Source: Carcharhinus longimanus (taxonomy: Eukaryota). From it: a stretch of DNA of 64,000 nucleotides. The stretch is taken from the NCBI GenBank assembly GCA_030264375.1, contig JASCQW010000109.1, positions 44,156,356 to 44,220,355 of the forward strand. The letters run 5' to 3'. Positions 13,351 to 24,340 of this stretch are shown piece after piece (position 1 is the stretch's first letter; each line of letters starts with the position of its first letter). Below the pieces are notes generated by a model. The model saw nothing but the letters and a program-made list of their open reading frames with translations. It was not told where the DNA came from and did no database searches. The position numbers and the translations under genes were made by a program.

Positions 13351-14220
13351 TTTGTTTGATTTGATTTGATTTATTATTGTCACATGCATTGAGATACAGT
13401 GAAAACTATTGTTTCTTATATGCTATACAGACAAAATATATTGTACATAGAGTACACAGGGGAGAAGGCTAGGACAGGGTGCAGAATATAGTGTTTAGTT
13501 ATAGGTAGGGTGTAGTGAAAGATCAGCTTATTGTATGGTAAGTCCAATCTAAGTTCTGATGGTAGCAGGGAAGAAGCTGCTCTTGATTTGCTTGGTACAT
13601 GATCTCAGACTTCTGTATCTTTTTGCCAACAGAAGAAGGTGGAAGAGAGTATCTTCGGGGTATGTGGAGCTCTTGATTATGCTGGCTGCTTTTCCAAGGC
13701 AGAGGGAAGTGTAGACTGAGCCAATGGACGGGAGGCTGGTTTGCGTGATGGACTGGGTTATGTTCACACCCCTTTGTAATTTCTTGCGGTCTTGGTCAGG
13801 ACAGAAGCCATAGCAAGCTGTGAAACAGCCAGAAAGAATGCTGTGAAACATCTGGAAAGGATGCTTTCTATGGTGCATTTCTAAATATTGGGTCATAGCG
13901 ACATGCTAAATTTCCTTAGCGTCTTGAAAAAGTAAAGGCTTTGGTGGACTTTCTTAACTATAGTGTAAGCATGTAGGGACCAGGACAGGTTGCTAGTGAT
14001 CTGGATACTTAGAAATTTGAAACTCTCGACCATTTCCACTTTGTCCCCATTGATGTAGACAGGGGCATGTCCTACACTATGCTTTCTGACTATATGACTA
14101 CCTGTTTTGTTTTACTGACACCGACGGAGAGATTATTGTCGTCACACCATTTCATCAGATTCTCCATCTCTTTCCTGTACTCACAATTGTTTAAGATCTG
14201 ATCCACTACGGTGGTGTCGG
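13351..14220 (-). mobile_element. 5'-truncated Rex1/Babar-like retrotransposon with (TTTGA)n tail on + strand
   Basis: ORF 13549..13896 HSILSGCFTACYG...RKKLQRGVNITQSITQTSLPSI...RYRSLRS; homologous to 3713-4368. Confidence 0.85.
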
Positions 14221-14259
14221 ATCAGTGGAATTGAAGTCAGATTATCTAACCGAATAAAA

Positions 14260-14637
14260 GCAGCTCTAGAAGGGTCATATGGACTCAAAACATTAACTCT
14301 GTTTCTCATTAAAAGCAAAATGCTGTGGAAACTGGAATCTGAAAATGCTGGAAAATCTCAGCAGGTCTGACAGCATCTGTGGCGTGAGAACAGAGCCAAC
14401 ATTTTGAGCCTGGATGACCCTTTGTCAGAGCTCAGAAACTCGAGGTCAAAATGTTACAACCTTTCATGCTAGCAGCATGTTTCCATCCTGCTGCCGTGAA
14501 GGGAGATGTGGCTGAGCGTCAAATTCTCCGACCAGTGCGGCAGGAGTGTAGCGTGAATGGCCGGTAAGATTGCACCCTCTGTTTCTCTCTCCACTGATGC
14601 TGCCATACTTGCTGAGTTTATGCATTTTCTGTTTTGA
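14260..14637. mobile_element. Penelope-like terminal repeat relics in both orientations, with a MITE (about 14443-14577) between them
   Basis: gaagggtcatatggactcaaaacattaactctgtttctc, its inverse cagagccaacattttgagcctggatgaccctttgtcagagct, and ctctccactgatgctgccatacttgctgagttt. Confidence 0.55.
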
Positions 14638-14689
14638 ATGAGCTAACTGAATATTGGAGTAAGCTGGAAGGGCTGAATGATATACCCTG

Positions 14690-14890
14690 AGCGGCATGGT
14701 GGCACAGTGGTTAGCACTGCTGCCTCACAGCACCAGGGACCCATGTTCAATTCCAGCCTTGACTGCGTGTGTGTAGTTTGCACATTCTCCCTGTGTCTGC
14801 ATGAGTTCCCTCCGGGTGCTCCAGTTTCCTCCCATAGTCCAAAGATGTGGAGGTTAGGTGCATTGGCTATGCTAAATTTCCTACTCTTAG
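14690..14890 (+). mobile_element. HE1-type tRNA-derived SINE, 5' part
   Basis: ggcatggtggcacagtggttagcactgctgcctcacagc (A box), gttcaattcc (B box), body gggtgctccagtttcctcccatagtccaaagatgtg; breaks off after gctaaatttc..cttag. Confidence 0.85.
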
Positions 14891-15309
14891 AAAGGTACGG
14901 CAGCATCAGTGGAAGGAGAAAAAGGGTGTGTTCTTACTGGCCATTCACACCACACTCCCGCCACAGCGAAGGCTGAAAATTTGATGCTCAGCCAAATCTC
15001 CCTTCACAGCAGTGGGATGGAAACATGCTGCTCGTATGAAAGACATGCTAAGCATGAAAGCCATTTCGGCCTTGAGTTTCTGAGCTCTGTTAAAGGGTTA
15101 GCCGGACTCCAAACGTTGGCTTTNNNNNNNNNNNNNNNNNNNNNNNNNNNNNNNNNNNNNNNNNNNNNNNNNNNNNNNNNNNNNNNNNNNNNNNNNNNNN
15201 NNNNNNNNNNNNNNNNNNNNNNNNNNNNNNNNNNNNNNNNNNNNNNNNNNNNNNNNNNNNNNNNNNNNNNNNNNNNNNNNNNNNNNNNNNNNNNNNNNGA
15301 ACTGTTATT

Positions 15310-15358
15310 GCTGCAGGCCCGATGGGCCGAACGGCCTCCTTCTGCGCTGCAGAGATTC
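15310..15358 (+). mobile_element. HE1/HER1 3' tail
   Basis: tgcaggcccgatgggccgaacggcctccttctgcgctgcagagattc matches the tail of the full HE1 copy at 42652-42703. Confidence 0.7.
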
Positions 15359-15439
15359 AAAAGTGGTGCGCCTCTCCCGACAGTGCAGAAATACGGGTTG
15401 AAATATCTCACTTGAAGGTCAAATGTGTTTGAACTGTAC

Positions 15440-15825
15440 GCACCACAAACCTGACCTGTCAAGACCCGCGGGTTGCACGGTCAACACCTTTCGCAACCCG
15501 TGTGGGAAAATGTCCGCCGCGCGGCCGTTTAAGAGTTGGACGCGAGCCAACTGCCTTTAAATCTGCACGAGCTCCGCACCACCCCCCACCCCGCCCCGCC
15601 CCGCCCCCAACAAATAGCGGGCCAACTGACAGGAATACGGTGCAACCTAACTTGCGGCACGGAGCCGCGATGTCTGATTGGTCCGTTCCCCGATCGGTCG
15701 CCCCCGTCCGTCAATGGTAACCATAGTAATAATCAGGCTTGGTTGGTCGGGCTGACGGAATCGCGAGCGGAACCCTTCATGAAGTTTCTCAGGGGGCAGC
15801 GATGACCATCACCATCATAATGTGA
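15440..15825 (+). promoter_or_regulatory. CpG-island promoter of the ARHGAP26-like gene
   Basis: Most CpG-dense non-repeat tract in the window; tandem GC boxes ccccgccccgccccgccccc (15589-15608), inverted CCAAT ctgattgg (15674-15681), RFX X-box-like gtaaccatagtaat (15717-15730); lies directly upstream of exon 1. Confidence 0.7.
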
Positions 15826-16475
15826 AGCGATCGGAAGCGGCGGCCGAGTCTAAACTCCCCACCCTCCCCAGCACCACAGCCTGGATTCAGCGGGGCGGCT
15901 CCGAGGGAAGAAACCAGAAGTTTAGCAGCAGTCCAAGAGCTGAGGGGAAGAGAGAGAGAGAAGCAAACAAACACAACCGGGAGGGAGAAACATTTACACA
16001 CGCACACACACACACTCCAAAGTGGTGTCTTGTACAGACACCAGGGGCAGGGAGAAAGAGCCACAGGCATCAAAGTGTGGTTAGAGGTAGAGACTCACCT
16101 GAGATAGTGAGAGCCGCAGATTTCTGCACTGGCAGGGACACACACACAAGGAGAGAAAACACAAGGGAGCGATAGTCAGAGAGTGGCACCGACTCAGCCC
16201 CAAGGAAGGACAGAGCGAGATAAGGGATAAACAGTGCAAGGGAACTCGCGCATCCAGCACAGAGCGAGAACTGCTGTCCTGGGGATAGACACAGGGTCAG
16301 GACTCAGTGGGACACCGCTTAATCGATTTGCGATAGTCATTTGTCGGTGCAACAGTTCAGGTTGAAAGGTGGCCAGGACGACCGGGGNNNNNNNNNNGGA
16401 CGAACTGTGTGTGTGTGCGTGCTTTGATTCTAGTACCTTTTTCACTTCTGGCTATTAGCACTTTTGTTGTTAACC
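15826..16475 (+). other. Probable 5' UTR of exon 1 (with GA, CA and TG microsatellites)
   Basis: No ATG on the + strand across about 650 nt (10 N unread) between the promoter and the start codon; the TSS is inferred, not observed. Confidence 0.5.
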
Positions 16476-16629
16476 ATGGGCCTACCGGCACTGGAGTTCA
16501 GTGATTGCTACCTGGATAGTCCACAGTTCCGGGACAGAATCAAGTCTCATGAAGCAGAGCTGGAAAAAACAAACAAGTTCATTAAGGATCTGATTAAAGA
16601 TGGAAAAGCACTGATTCAGGCAATGAAAA
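16476..16629 (+). CDS. ARHGAP26: First coding exon of a GRAF-family Rho GTPase-activating protein (N-terminal BAR domain), most similar to ARHGAP26/GRAF1
   Basis: aaccATGG Kozak context; [51 protein letters not shown]; 154 coding nt ending in phase 1 at the canonical donor A|gtaagt (16630). MGLPALEF and KSHEAEL favour ARHGAP26 over ARHGAP10, ARHGAP42 and OPHN1. The family is near-certain; the paralogue is less so. Confidence 0.88.
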
Positions 16630-17057
16630 GTAAGTTTTTTTTTGTAAACAGTTGATTATTTATATAATCTGTGGCATGAAACGTGGTCATTCTGAAGAAT
16701 GTCTTTGCTGAAAAACAATTTGAAGAGCCTCTGGAAATTGCTGTTATAGAATCTTGTAATAGTAACCAGGCTTATAGTAAACCAGGATGCTGGCTAACGG
16801 AAGGTGTCTCTTGATAGTGGTCTCTGTTAAAATTCGCTCCATTCACAAGTTTACAAATGTTGTAAAATATTGCTCTCCTTGTTTTCCTCAGATACTTCAG
16901 ATTTAATCAGAGTAATAACAGCTCATTTCAATCACTTCTTGACGGTGGGCTTTGATGAACATTATTCTTGAACAATTTAAGAATTATAAGATCACAGCTA
17001 GCTTACATAACTATTTTGGAACAAGCAGCTTCTTCAATTGCTAGTTGATATAAAATT

Positions 17058-18345
17058 ATAGAATGGTTACAGCACAGAAGGAGGTCATGTTATGATTCAT
17101 TTGACCCATTGTGTTCCTGCTGGTTCTCTGCAGGAGTATTCCAGCTGGCCCCACTCCCCTGTAAACCTGTTCAGATAATTATCCAATTCCCTTTTGAAAG
17201 CTGTGATTGAATCTGCCTTCAGCATACACTCTGGCAGTGCATTCCAAATCTTTACCTCTTGTTAAGTGAAAAAAAACATTTAAGTCACCTCTGGTTCTAT
17301 TGCCAGTCACTAAATCAATGTCCTCTGGTTCTCGATCCTTCTGCCAATGGAACTAGTTTGCTGCAACACTAATGACTTTTGAGCATTTCTATGAAATCTT
17401 CTATCAATCTTAAGTTCTCTTGCGAGAACAGTCACTACTTTGTCAATCTGTTCACATTACTGAAGTCCCCAGAACCATTATCATAAATCTTTTTTGTGCC
17501 TTATCTATTGCCTTTATATCCTTCTTAAAGTGTAGTATCCAGAATTGTACAACATTTCAGTTGATGCTAAATCATTGTTTTTTAAAGATCATCATAACTT
17601 TCTTGCTTCTGCACTTTATGCCACTGTTTATGAAGCCCAGGATCCTATGTGCTTTAACCACTTTTGCAACCTGCCTTGCCACCTCCATCAATTTGTGCAC
17701 ATTTACCTCCAGGCCCCTCTGCTCTGCCACACTCTTTAAAATTGTACCCTTTATTGTTTATTGCCTTTCCTTATTCTTACTATCAAATATATCACATCAC
17801 ATTTCTCTGCATCAAATGCCATCTTTCATGTGTCCACCCATTACACCTGCCAGTGTATATCCTCTTGAAGTCTTTCATTATCCTCCTCATAGTTCATAAT
17901 ACTTTCAGGTATTTCACCTGAAGAATTTGAAATTGTGTCCTGCACACCCAAGTCTAGATCATTAATATAGATTAAGAAAAAAATGAACCTTGTACTGACC
18001 CATCACTGTTACACTATTTTTTTATAACTCAGTCAACTTCTTTTTTATGCTGCTATTGTCCTTTTTATGCTGTGGGCCACAACTTTGCTGGCAAGTCTGT
18101 TATGTGGCATTTTACCAAACACCTTTTGGAAGCCTATGTATATCGCATCAACCACATTACCCTCTCTGTTACTTTATCAAAAAAACTTTGTTAAAAAATT
18201 AGTTAAACAGAATTTGCATTCAACAAATGTGTTTATTTTCCTTAATTTGATCAAGCGACTGTTAGTTTTGTCTCGGATAATTGTTTTCAAAAGTGTTCCC
18301 ACCACCCAGATTAAATTGACTGGCCTGTAATTGCTAGGCTCATTT
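17058..18345 (-). mobile_element. CR1 LINE, internally deleted
   Basis: 3' end atagaatggttacagcacagaaggagg; ORF 18177..18359 PSNYRPVNLIWVVGTLLKTIIRDK...CLTNF is the CR1 RT N-terminal motif. Confidence 0.85.
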
Positions 18346-19547
18346 TTTTTTAAAAACATTTTTTACCAGTGTACAGACTTAGTTCTGTACAATACTCCTT
18401 GTGTCAGAAAATGTTTCTATATATTATGTGGCTTTTGTTAGTGGGAGACATTTGGCATCCTTTCATCAATGTTGGAATTTAATTTGCATATTCAGCATTT
18501 TATATGATTCTGTAGTTAATTTCAAATTATCCTACAAAATCCAACTGAAAGCATTGATAAATCAGCAAGAAAATAACATCACAACACTGCGTGAAGTGCA
18601 GCTTATCTCTTGTCAAGATGAAGTTGATGTGATGTCATCTAACAAAAGTTAATTTTTTTTGCAGATGTGGTAAAATTATCAGTGCTTACAATAAAAACTC
18701 CTGACACAATCACAGTTATCACAATTTATCCACATTAGGTTGGGTTTCATTTGATAAGTGTAACAATTATGTTCAAGTTTCCAGTAAAGCCTTGGCAAGA
18801 TGTCAATATTTGGTGTATTGTGGCTGATAGTTGACAGCATGAAGATTGTCAAATGTTCCTTTTGAGTATCATACTTGCTCTCTTAATTAATTTGGTTCAC
18901 CTGTTGTGTCAGAAACAAAGCATTGCCTCATGTCTTTGCCGAACAAACTAAGCTTGCATGCAATTGTATTTAAACCGTACTTTGGCCTTGTCCTCAGAAA
19001 AGCCATTGCATTGTTACAGCGTACTTCACTTTCACTTTCTCCACTTGCATTTAAATTAAAATAATCTAACCTTTCTTAAACTTTGTAACTTTTAACTCCT
19101 GCAAATTCACATTTTCCAAAGATCTTCTTGAGCCTTTTGATCACCTGTGAAAGCTTTTGACACCTTCATAAACTTTCAGAATCTTGTTTTTGAAGTAAAC
19201 AATATCTGACCTTAGCTACAATCTATTATTCTTAAATTCCTTAACATGAGTTGTTAATTTGAATCAATATCATTCATAAATGCCTTCTGATTTAAAGTTG
19301 TACTACTGGATATACTTTTTTTCAAATTAAAAACCAACTTTGAATTAGCAAAATTATAATATTTTCCAAACTGCCATTTCCAGTGAACTGATGAATTCAA
19401 ATTTTTTTAAAATTCTATTTTTAAAGTTACAAAGCTACTGCTTAGAGTGGACTCGGTGAACTTTAATCCATTTCTTGCTTGCTCCAAAAACCAAATTCAA
19501 ATTCCATTTGAGTCCAATTCACGTTCCTCACAAGAAAGAAAAACAAC

Positions 19548-19628
19548 ATCCAAGCTGACAAGATAACACGGTGCACCCATCTTGGGCTTGATCTGATGTT
19601 TGATCTTAGCCAAAAGGCTGAGAAGCTA
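19548..19628 (-). pseudogene. U2 snRNA-derived 5' fragment, interrupted
   Basis: Reverse complement of 19600-19626 is GCTTCTCAGCCTTTTGGCTAAGATCAA versus U2 GCTTCTCGGCCTTTTGGCTAAGATCAA (26/27); weaker U2-like TCTTGTCAGCTT further 3'. No Sm site or 3' half. Confidence 0.75.
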
Positions 19629-20207
19629 ATAAATTAACCTTAGCAAGATAGTTAAAAAAGTTAGAATGCTGTGCAGTCAGCCATCAGTTTTCTGTATCAC
19701 TTGAAGGTCAGTGTTTGGATGGCTGCATCTACTTTCTCAATGGAGAACAGCCATTCCTTCTGAACATTGAAGTCACTTGAGGAAATTAACTCTTCGGCTG
19801 GATTACAGCTTCTCTGTACAAACAAGATCAAACAGTTTAATTTTCCTGAATAAAACTGCAAATTAGCATTACTTCTTTATAACCATTATGTATTAAACAG
19901 GACACATTAACTCTATTTTTAAATATTTTAAAAAGTTGAACGACCTGCAAATTTTGTACATGTTTCAAATGTGTGAAGCCCAGAGTTAAGCTTGATTCTC
20001 TTAGTTGCCACAAGAAAAGTTTCAGCAGACATAAATGAACATTGCAGCAACAGTTACATTTATCACTCTAAAAGCAAAGTTAGTAAGTTTCTATATAGTT
20101 GCTGAAAATGGTTCACTTCTCAGATATGTATTACGACTTTGAAGACCCTTTTTTAATGGAGTTGTATGTTACAGGTGGGGTCAGTGTGCTTTAGATTTCC
20201 ATGTATG

Positions 20208-20370
20208 ATGCAGATTTTCTGGTCATTATCATATTGCTGCTGATGGAAGTTTGCAGAAAATTGGTGCCACGCTTCCTGCATTATAACAGTGACTGCAATT
20301 AAAAGACAAGTACTTAATTGCACTTTGAGATGTGTGGTGATTGTGAAAAGTAAATGTAAATGCATGTTTT
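20208..20370 (+). mobile_element. Deu-domain SINE (SacSINE1-like) 3' fragment
   Basis: cagattttctggtcattatcatattgctg...ttcctgcattataacagtgactgc...tgtgaaaagtaaatgtaaatgca, homologous to 35170-35315 and 60395-60545. Confidence 0.6.
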
Positions 20371-20923
20371 TATTTAATGGATGCTACCTTTCTTTTCTGA
20401 TGCGTGTTACTAAGCAAGTGGAAACATGAAGGCTAAAAACTTCTAAGTGTGCTTCAGGGAGTGTCTGCAGATGGTGTGTGCTGTTAACTATAAAGATAAC
20501 TGTGCACTTTATACAGAGCTAATAGTTTGAGTCCTGGTGTTGCAAAGATATCAAAATAAGCCTGTTTCTGGGTGTAACTGGTTAGTTTTTATGGCCATGT
20601 TAATTTCTTGTCATTTCAGTCCTTGATAACTATTAGTTTCAGCAACAAAATCAGTAAGTATTTTAGAGCTAGGAGAATTTTCGTGAGCTGCAACAAAAAA
20701 TTTGCAGTAAATACCAGGGTTTAAATATTCTTTGATAGTGCTATTTATTCCCATAGTGGCCTAACAAATCGGCATGTGGGGAATGCCTAAATTGCCACAA
20801 TTGAACTACGAGGCAGTCTAACTCAAGAGGTACTATTTCATCTGACCTGAACTGAATATTAGTGTTAGCTGCACATGTATTGCTTCAATTAATTTGAAGG
20901 CGGATTGAAGAAAAATCTTAAGA

Positions 20924-21237
20924 CCATAGAAACCCAACAGTGCAGAAGGAGGCCATTTGGCCCATTGAGTCTGCACCGACAACAATCCCATTCAGACCCT
21001 ATCACTATAACCTCTGCTAATCCCCCTAACCCATACATCTTGGGACACTAAGGGGCAATTTCGGATGGCCAATCGACCTTACTGCACACTTTTGGCCTGT
21101 GGGAGGAAACTGGAGCACTGACGGAAACCCATGCAGACACGGAGAGAATGTGCAAACTCTACACAGGCAGTTAACTGAGGCTGGAATTGAACTTAGTCCC
21201 CGGGGCTGTGAGGTAGCAGTGCTAACCACTGTACCAC
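20924..21237 (-). mobile_element. HE1-type SINE, near full length
   Basis: Reverse complement has A/B boxes, HE1 body and tail (gtgcagaaggaggccatttggcccattgagtctgcacc on +). Confidence 0.88.
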
Positions 21238-21737
21238 TCTCCGGAGGCCAGGTCTGAAGTGTTTGTGACAGATGTGACCAGATTCACACAAAATAAAAAC
21301 ACACTCCTCCTACTTACATCAATGGATCATCTTACATGATTGTTAGCTACCCTTGAGCATGCTAAGTAGCTGACTTGGTCAAAGCCTGCCCATTCATCTA
21401 AATTCTGGCTAAACTTAACAAAATTCGCTGGACCTGACTGTTTGCCGATATCTTATCTTGTTTAGATGCTTTGTGTTCACACAGGGTATCAGACTTTAAC
21501 AAATACTGAGATAAGCTAATGAACTGTTTATTATTTCATTAGAAACCGAGAACAGGTGGAACATTACACACTTTTAATAAATGTGTAATAGTCTCCAGCA
21601 GTTCTTGATTTTTTTAAAAATTCCATTTTCAAACCCCACATGGCTTCAGTTCTTCCTATCTCTGCAATTTGGTATAATCCCCCATTTCCATTGTGCTGCC
21701 ACTGGTGACTGCTTTAGCCCCAACTCTGGAATTTGTC

Positions 21738-22021
21738 CTAAGAACATAAGAACATAAGAAATAGGAGCAGGAGTAGGCCAACTAGCCCTTTNNNNNNNNN
21801 NNNNNNNNNNNNNNNNNNNNNNNNNNNNNNNNNNNNNNNNNNNNNNNNNNNNNNNNNNNNNNNNNNNNNNNNNNNNNNNNNNNNNNNNNNNACCACCCTT
21901 TGAGTGAAGAAGTTCCTCCTCAACTCCGTTCTAAACCGCCCCCCCTTTATCTTGAGGCTGTGCCCCCTGGTCCTACTATCCTTTCTGAGTGGGAAGAGTC
22001 TCTCCACCTCTATCCTATCCA
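21738..22021 (-). mobile_element. Young CR1 3' end with (TAAGAACA)n tail, inserted in an older L2 3' end (about 21560-22200)
   Basis: ORF DRIEVERLFPLRKDSRTRGHSLKIKGGRFRTELRRNFFTQRV; flanks include the L2-like cttaaaacccacctcttttgtcaagcttttt. Confidence 0.85.
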
Positions 22022-23914
22022 TCATCAATCATCTCTGTCTCTATATCTCTGTTCTTTAAAGGCGCTTCTTAAAACCCACCTCTTTTGTCAAGCTTTTTGT
22101 CACCTGTTTTAATACTTTGTTTCTTTGGCTTGGTGTAAATTTTTATTAAGAGTCATGGAAAGTTTAAATATATTACAGGTGTTATATAAATTCAGGTTAT
22201 TGATAGCATATGACATTATGGGTCTAACTATGAATTAGCTAGATTTACCCTTTAAAAAGTTCAATGTGGTTGTATTAATTTATTTTTTTTACTGGGAGAG
22301 GTTGTGCATGACACAGAACTTCCCATTCTTTACCGTTTTTCATTTGGGCTGAAAAAGGTGGCTGTAATGGGAAAATGGAAATGCCAGTGATGCTGTAGAG
22401 GATACTCATCTCAGCTTGGACTGGCATTCATTTTTGGAACAGTCTAGAGAGAGCAGCACTCTTTGTTGTGTGACTCTTGACCTGTGAGTGCTTGGTGATG
22501 ATTGTGATTAACTGATAAAAGTAGAAAAGTGCTATCCTTCGATGGACACAAAATTTGACCCAGAGATATAAACAGTACATGCTGTGTTTTCACTGGAACT
22601 GGCAGCGGCTCCAAGGAACAGCAGCACTGGTGATGGCACTTTCCAAGATTCCAAGGTGGTGAATGAGAGCACTTTGGTTTGTTTTTTGTATCTGTTATGA
22701 TTATTTGTTATTTGTCTGATTTTAAACAAATCCAGCTCACTACTATTTTGTATTTTATTGTTTTTACTGTTTAAATGAATTGTATTGTTGTGTAGCTCCT
22801 ATTGCAGCAATGTTAGCCTCTTGACCAGGTTGTTATTGTAAATGAGAATTGACTTACTTGGCTAAATATAGGTTAAATAAATAACATTTTCTGACACTGA
22901 CCAGTGAAAGATGCAAGTGGTTTGGTTGTCGATACAACCCACAAGATAAAGGAACATGCTTATCTGTCAAAACAGTTTTAGCAGCTTGGTTATTCAAGTG
23001 ACTGCAGCAAAACTCCAAGTTATTGTGCAGTGCACCATCTGAGATCAATGCTTCAGTAACTATGTCACTCTCTCTAAATTTATTTTCCAGAATCATAACC
23101 AAATTTCCATTGCTCTCTTTTCTTTCAAAACCTTATGAAAATAATTTGTAACTGCACTGTTCCCTGAAGCTCACTATCCCATCGTATTCATTTCTTTCAC
23201 TTTTTTGCTTTACCTCCGCCTCTCTATCTAGTGTTTTAAAATGTTTGCCTCTGTGAGGATTGTTATGAAAGTATAAGTTCTTGATGGCACATGTACGATT
23301 GGATTTCACAACATATTTAAATAATCTCAACAGCTCTACCACTCGCACTCAAATAGTAATTTTTCAGAAGAGTAGTGTTGATCACTTTGCAATTTTCATT
23401 TGAAAAATCAACTTTATTTTCTTTCTGTTCTAAAGTGACGATAGATGCCAAAATCAAGTGTAGTCTTAAGTGTTGTTGGAGGGCCAAAGGAGGAAACATT
23501 AGATCACAGTACATAGATGTAATTCACTGTCCATTTTAAAACAAGTTTTGCAATTTTCTTAATATAATGCCTAGATTTTATAGTTATTGGTAGATTGTAG
23601 GAAACATGATTTTGAGAAGGATAGAATTCATGTTAGTTGGAGCTAAATGTTGTCTGAGTTGGAAAATGCCAAACAGAGATGTTACATTACCATTGGTGGA
23701 AGGATGCCCTTGCAGTATATGTTTACATAGACAATTTCTGTCATAAATGTTGAAGTAGGCGTTTATAGTGAAAAATTCACAAGAGGAAGAATGGTTTTGA
23801 AAATAGAAGTATCTGTTTTAATTTTTATATGTATTTAATTAAAAATGCAAGAAACGTGCTTGTGCTTCACATACCTTTCAGAATGCTAAAGAGAGGCTAG
23901 TTCTTCAAAACTGA

Positions 23915-24340
23915 AATGCTCCTGCACAGGCAACGTCCTGGTAAATCTCCTCTGCGTCCTTTCTAATGCAATCACATCCTTCCTATATTGTGGTGGTCAG
24001 AATTGCACACAGTAGTCCAGCTGTGGCTTAACGAGCATTTTATACAGCTCTATCGTAACCACCCTGCTCTATGCCTTGGCCAATAAAGGCAAGTGTTCCA
24101 CATGCTTTCTTAACTACCCTATCTACCTGTCCTGCAGCTTTCAGGGATCTTTGGACATGCACTCCAAGGTCTTTCTTCCAAATATCTTACTGTTCATTGT
24201 GTATTCCCTTGCCTTGTTAGTCCACCCAAAATGCATCTCCTCATCCTTTTCAGAATTAAATTCCACAGCACCAATTTTCATGTGATCTGCAAACCTACTG
24301 ATTATACCTCCCACATTTGCCTCTAGATCATTAATGCATG
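23915..24340 (-). mobile_element. CR1 RT fragment
   Basis: ORF 24141..24371 INDLEANVGGIISRFADHMKIG...EEMHFGWTNKAREYTMN (FADD motif decayed). Confidence 0.8.

Noticed and set aside
13813-13865. 23-bp tandem duplication within the Rex1 copy
   Set aside because: Real, but ordinary slippage in a dead element.
14690-14760. tRNA genes here and at 21170, 25216, 36740, 42382 and 56901
   Set aside because: A/B boxes run into SINE bodies and lack intact cloverleafs; they are SINE heads.
1-15400. FGF1 exons or promoter on the minus strand (for example cctggcaac at about 5836)
   Set aside because: No FGF-like peptide was found, and a lone RFX half-site is not evidence.
15802-15825. atgaccatcacc resembling lacZ-alpha or His-tag vector sequence
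   Set aside because: The match is only a few bases and is embedded in native-looking promoter sequence.
15822-16175. 117-aa ORF in the CpG island
   Set aside because: Non-ATG start, microsatellite-derived low-complexity residues and no recognisable domain; better explained as 5' UTR.
16476-16629. Assignment to ARHGAP10, ARHGAP42 or OPHN1
   Set aside because: As recalled, their N-termini read MGLQPLEF, MGLPTLEF and MGHPPLEF; [15 protein letters not shown] fits ARHGAP26 best. Synteny or phylogeny is needed for certainty.
16464-16655. ORF-track 63-aa ORF as a complete protein
   Set aside because: The real start is the ATG at 16476, and homology ends at the gtaagt donor (16630); the rest is intron read-through.
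21342-21375. Hairpin gttagctac...agcatgct...gtagctgac as a miRNA
   Set aside because: The stem is too short for a pre-miRNA and I recognise no mature sequence.
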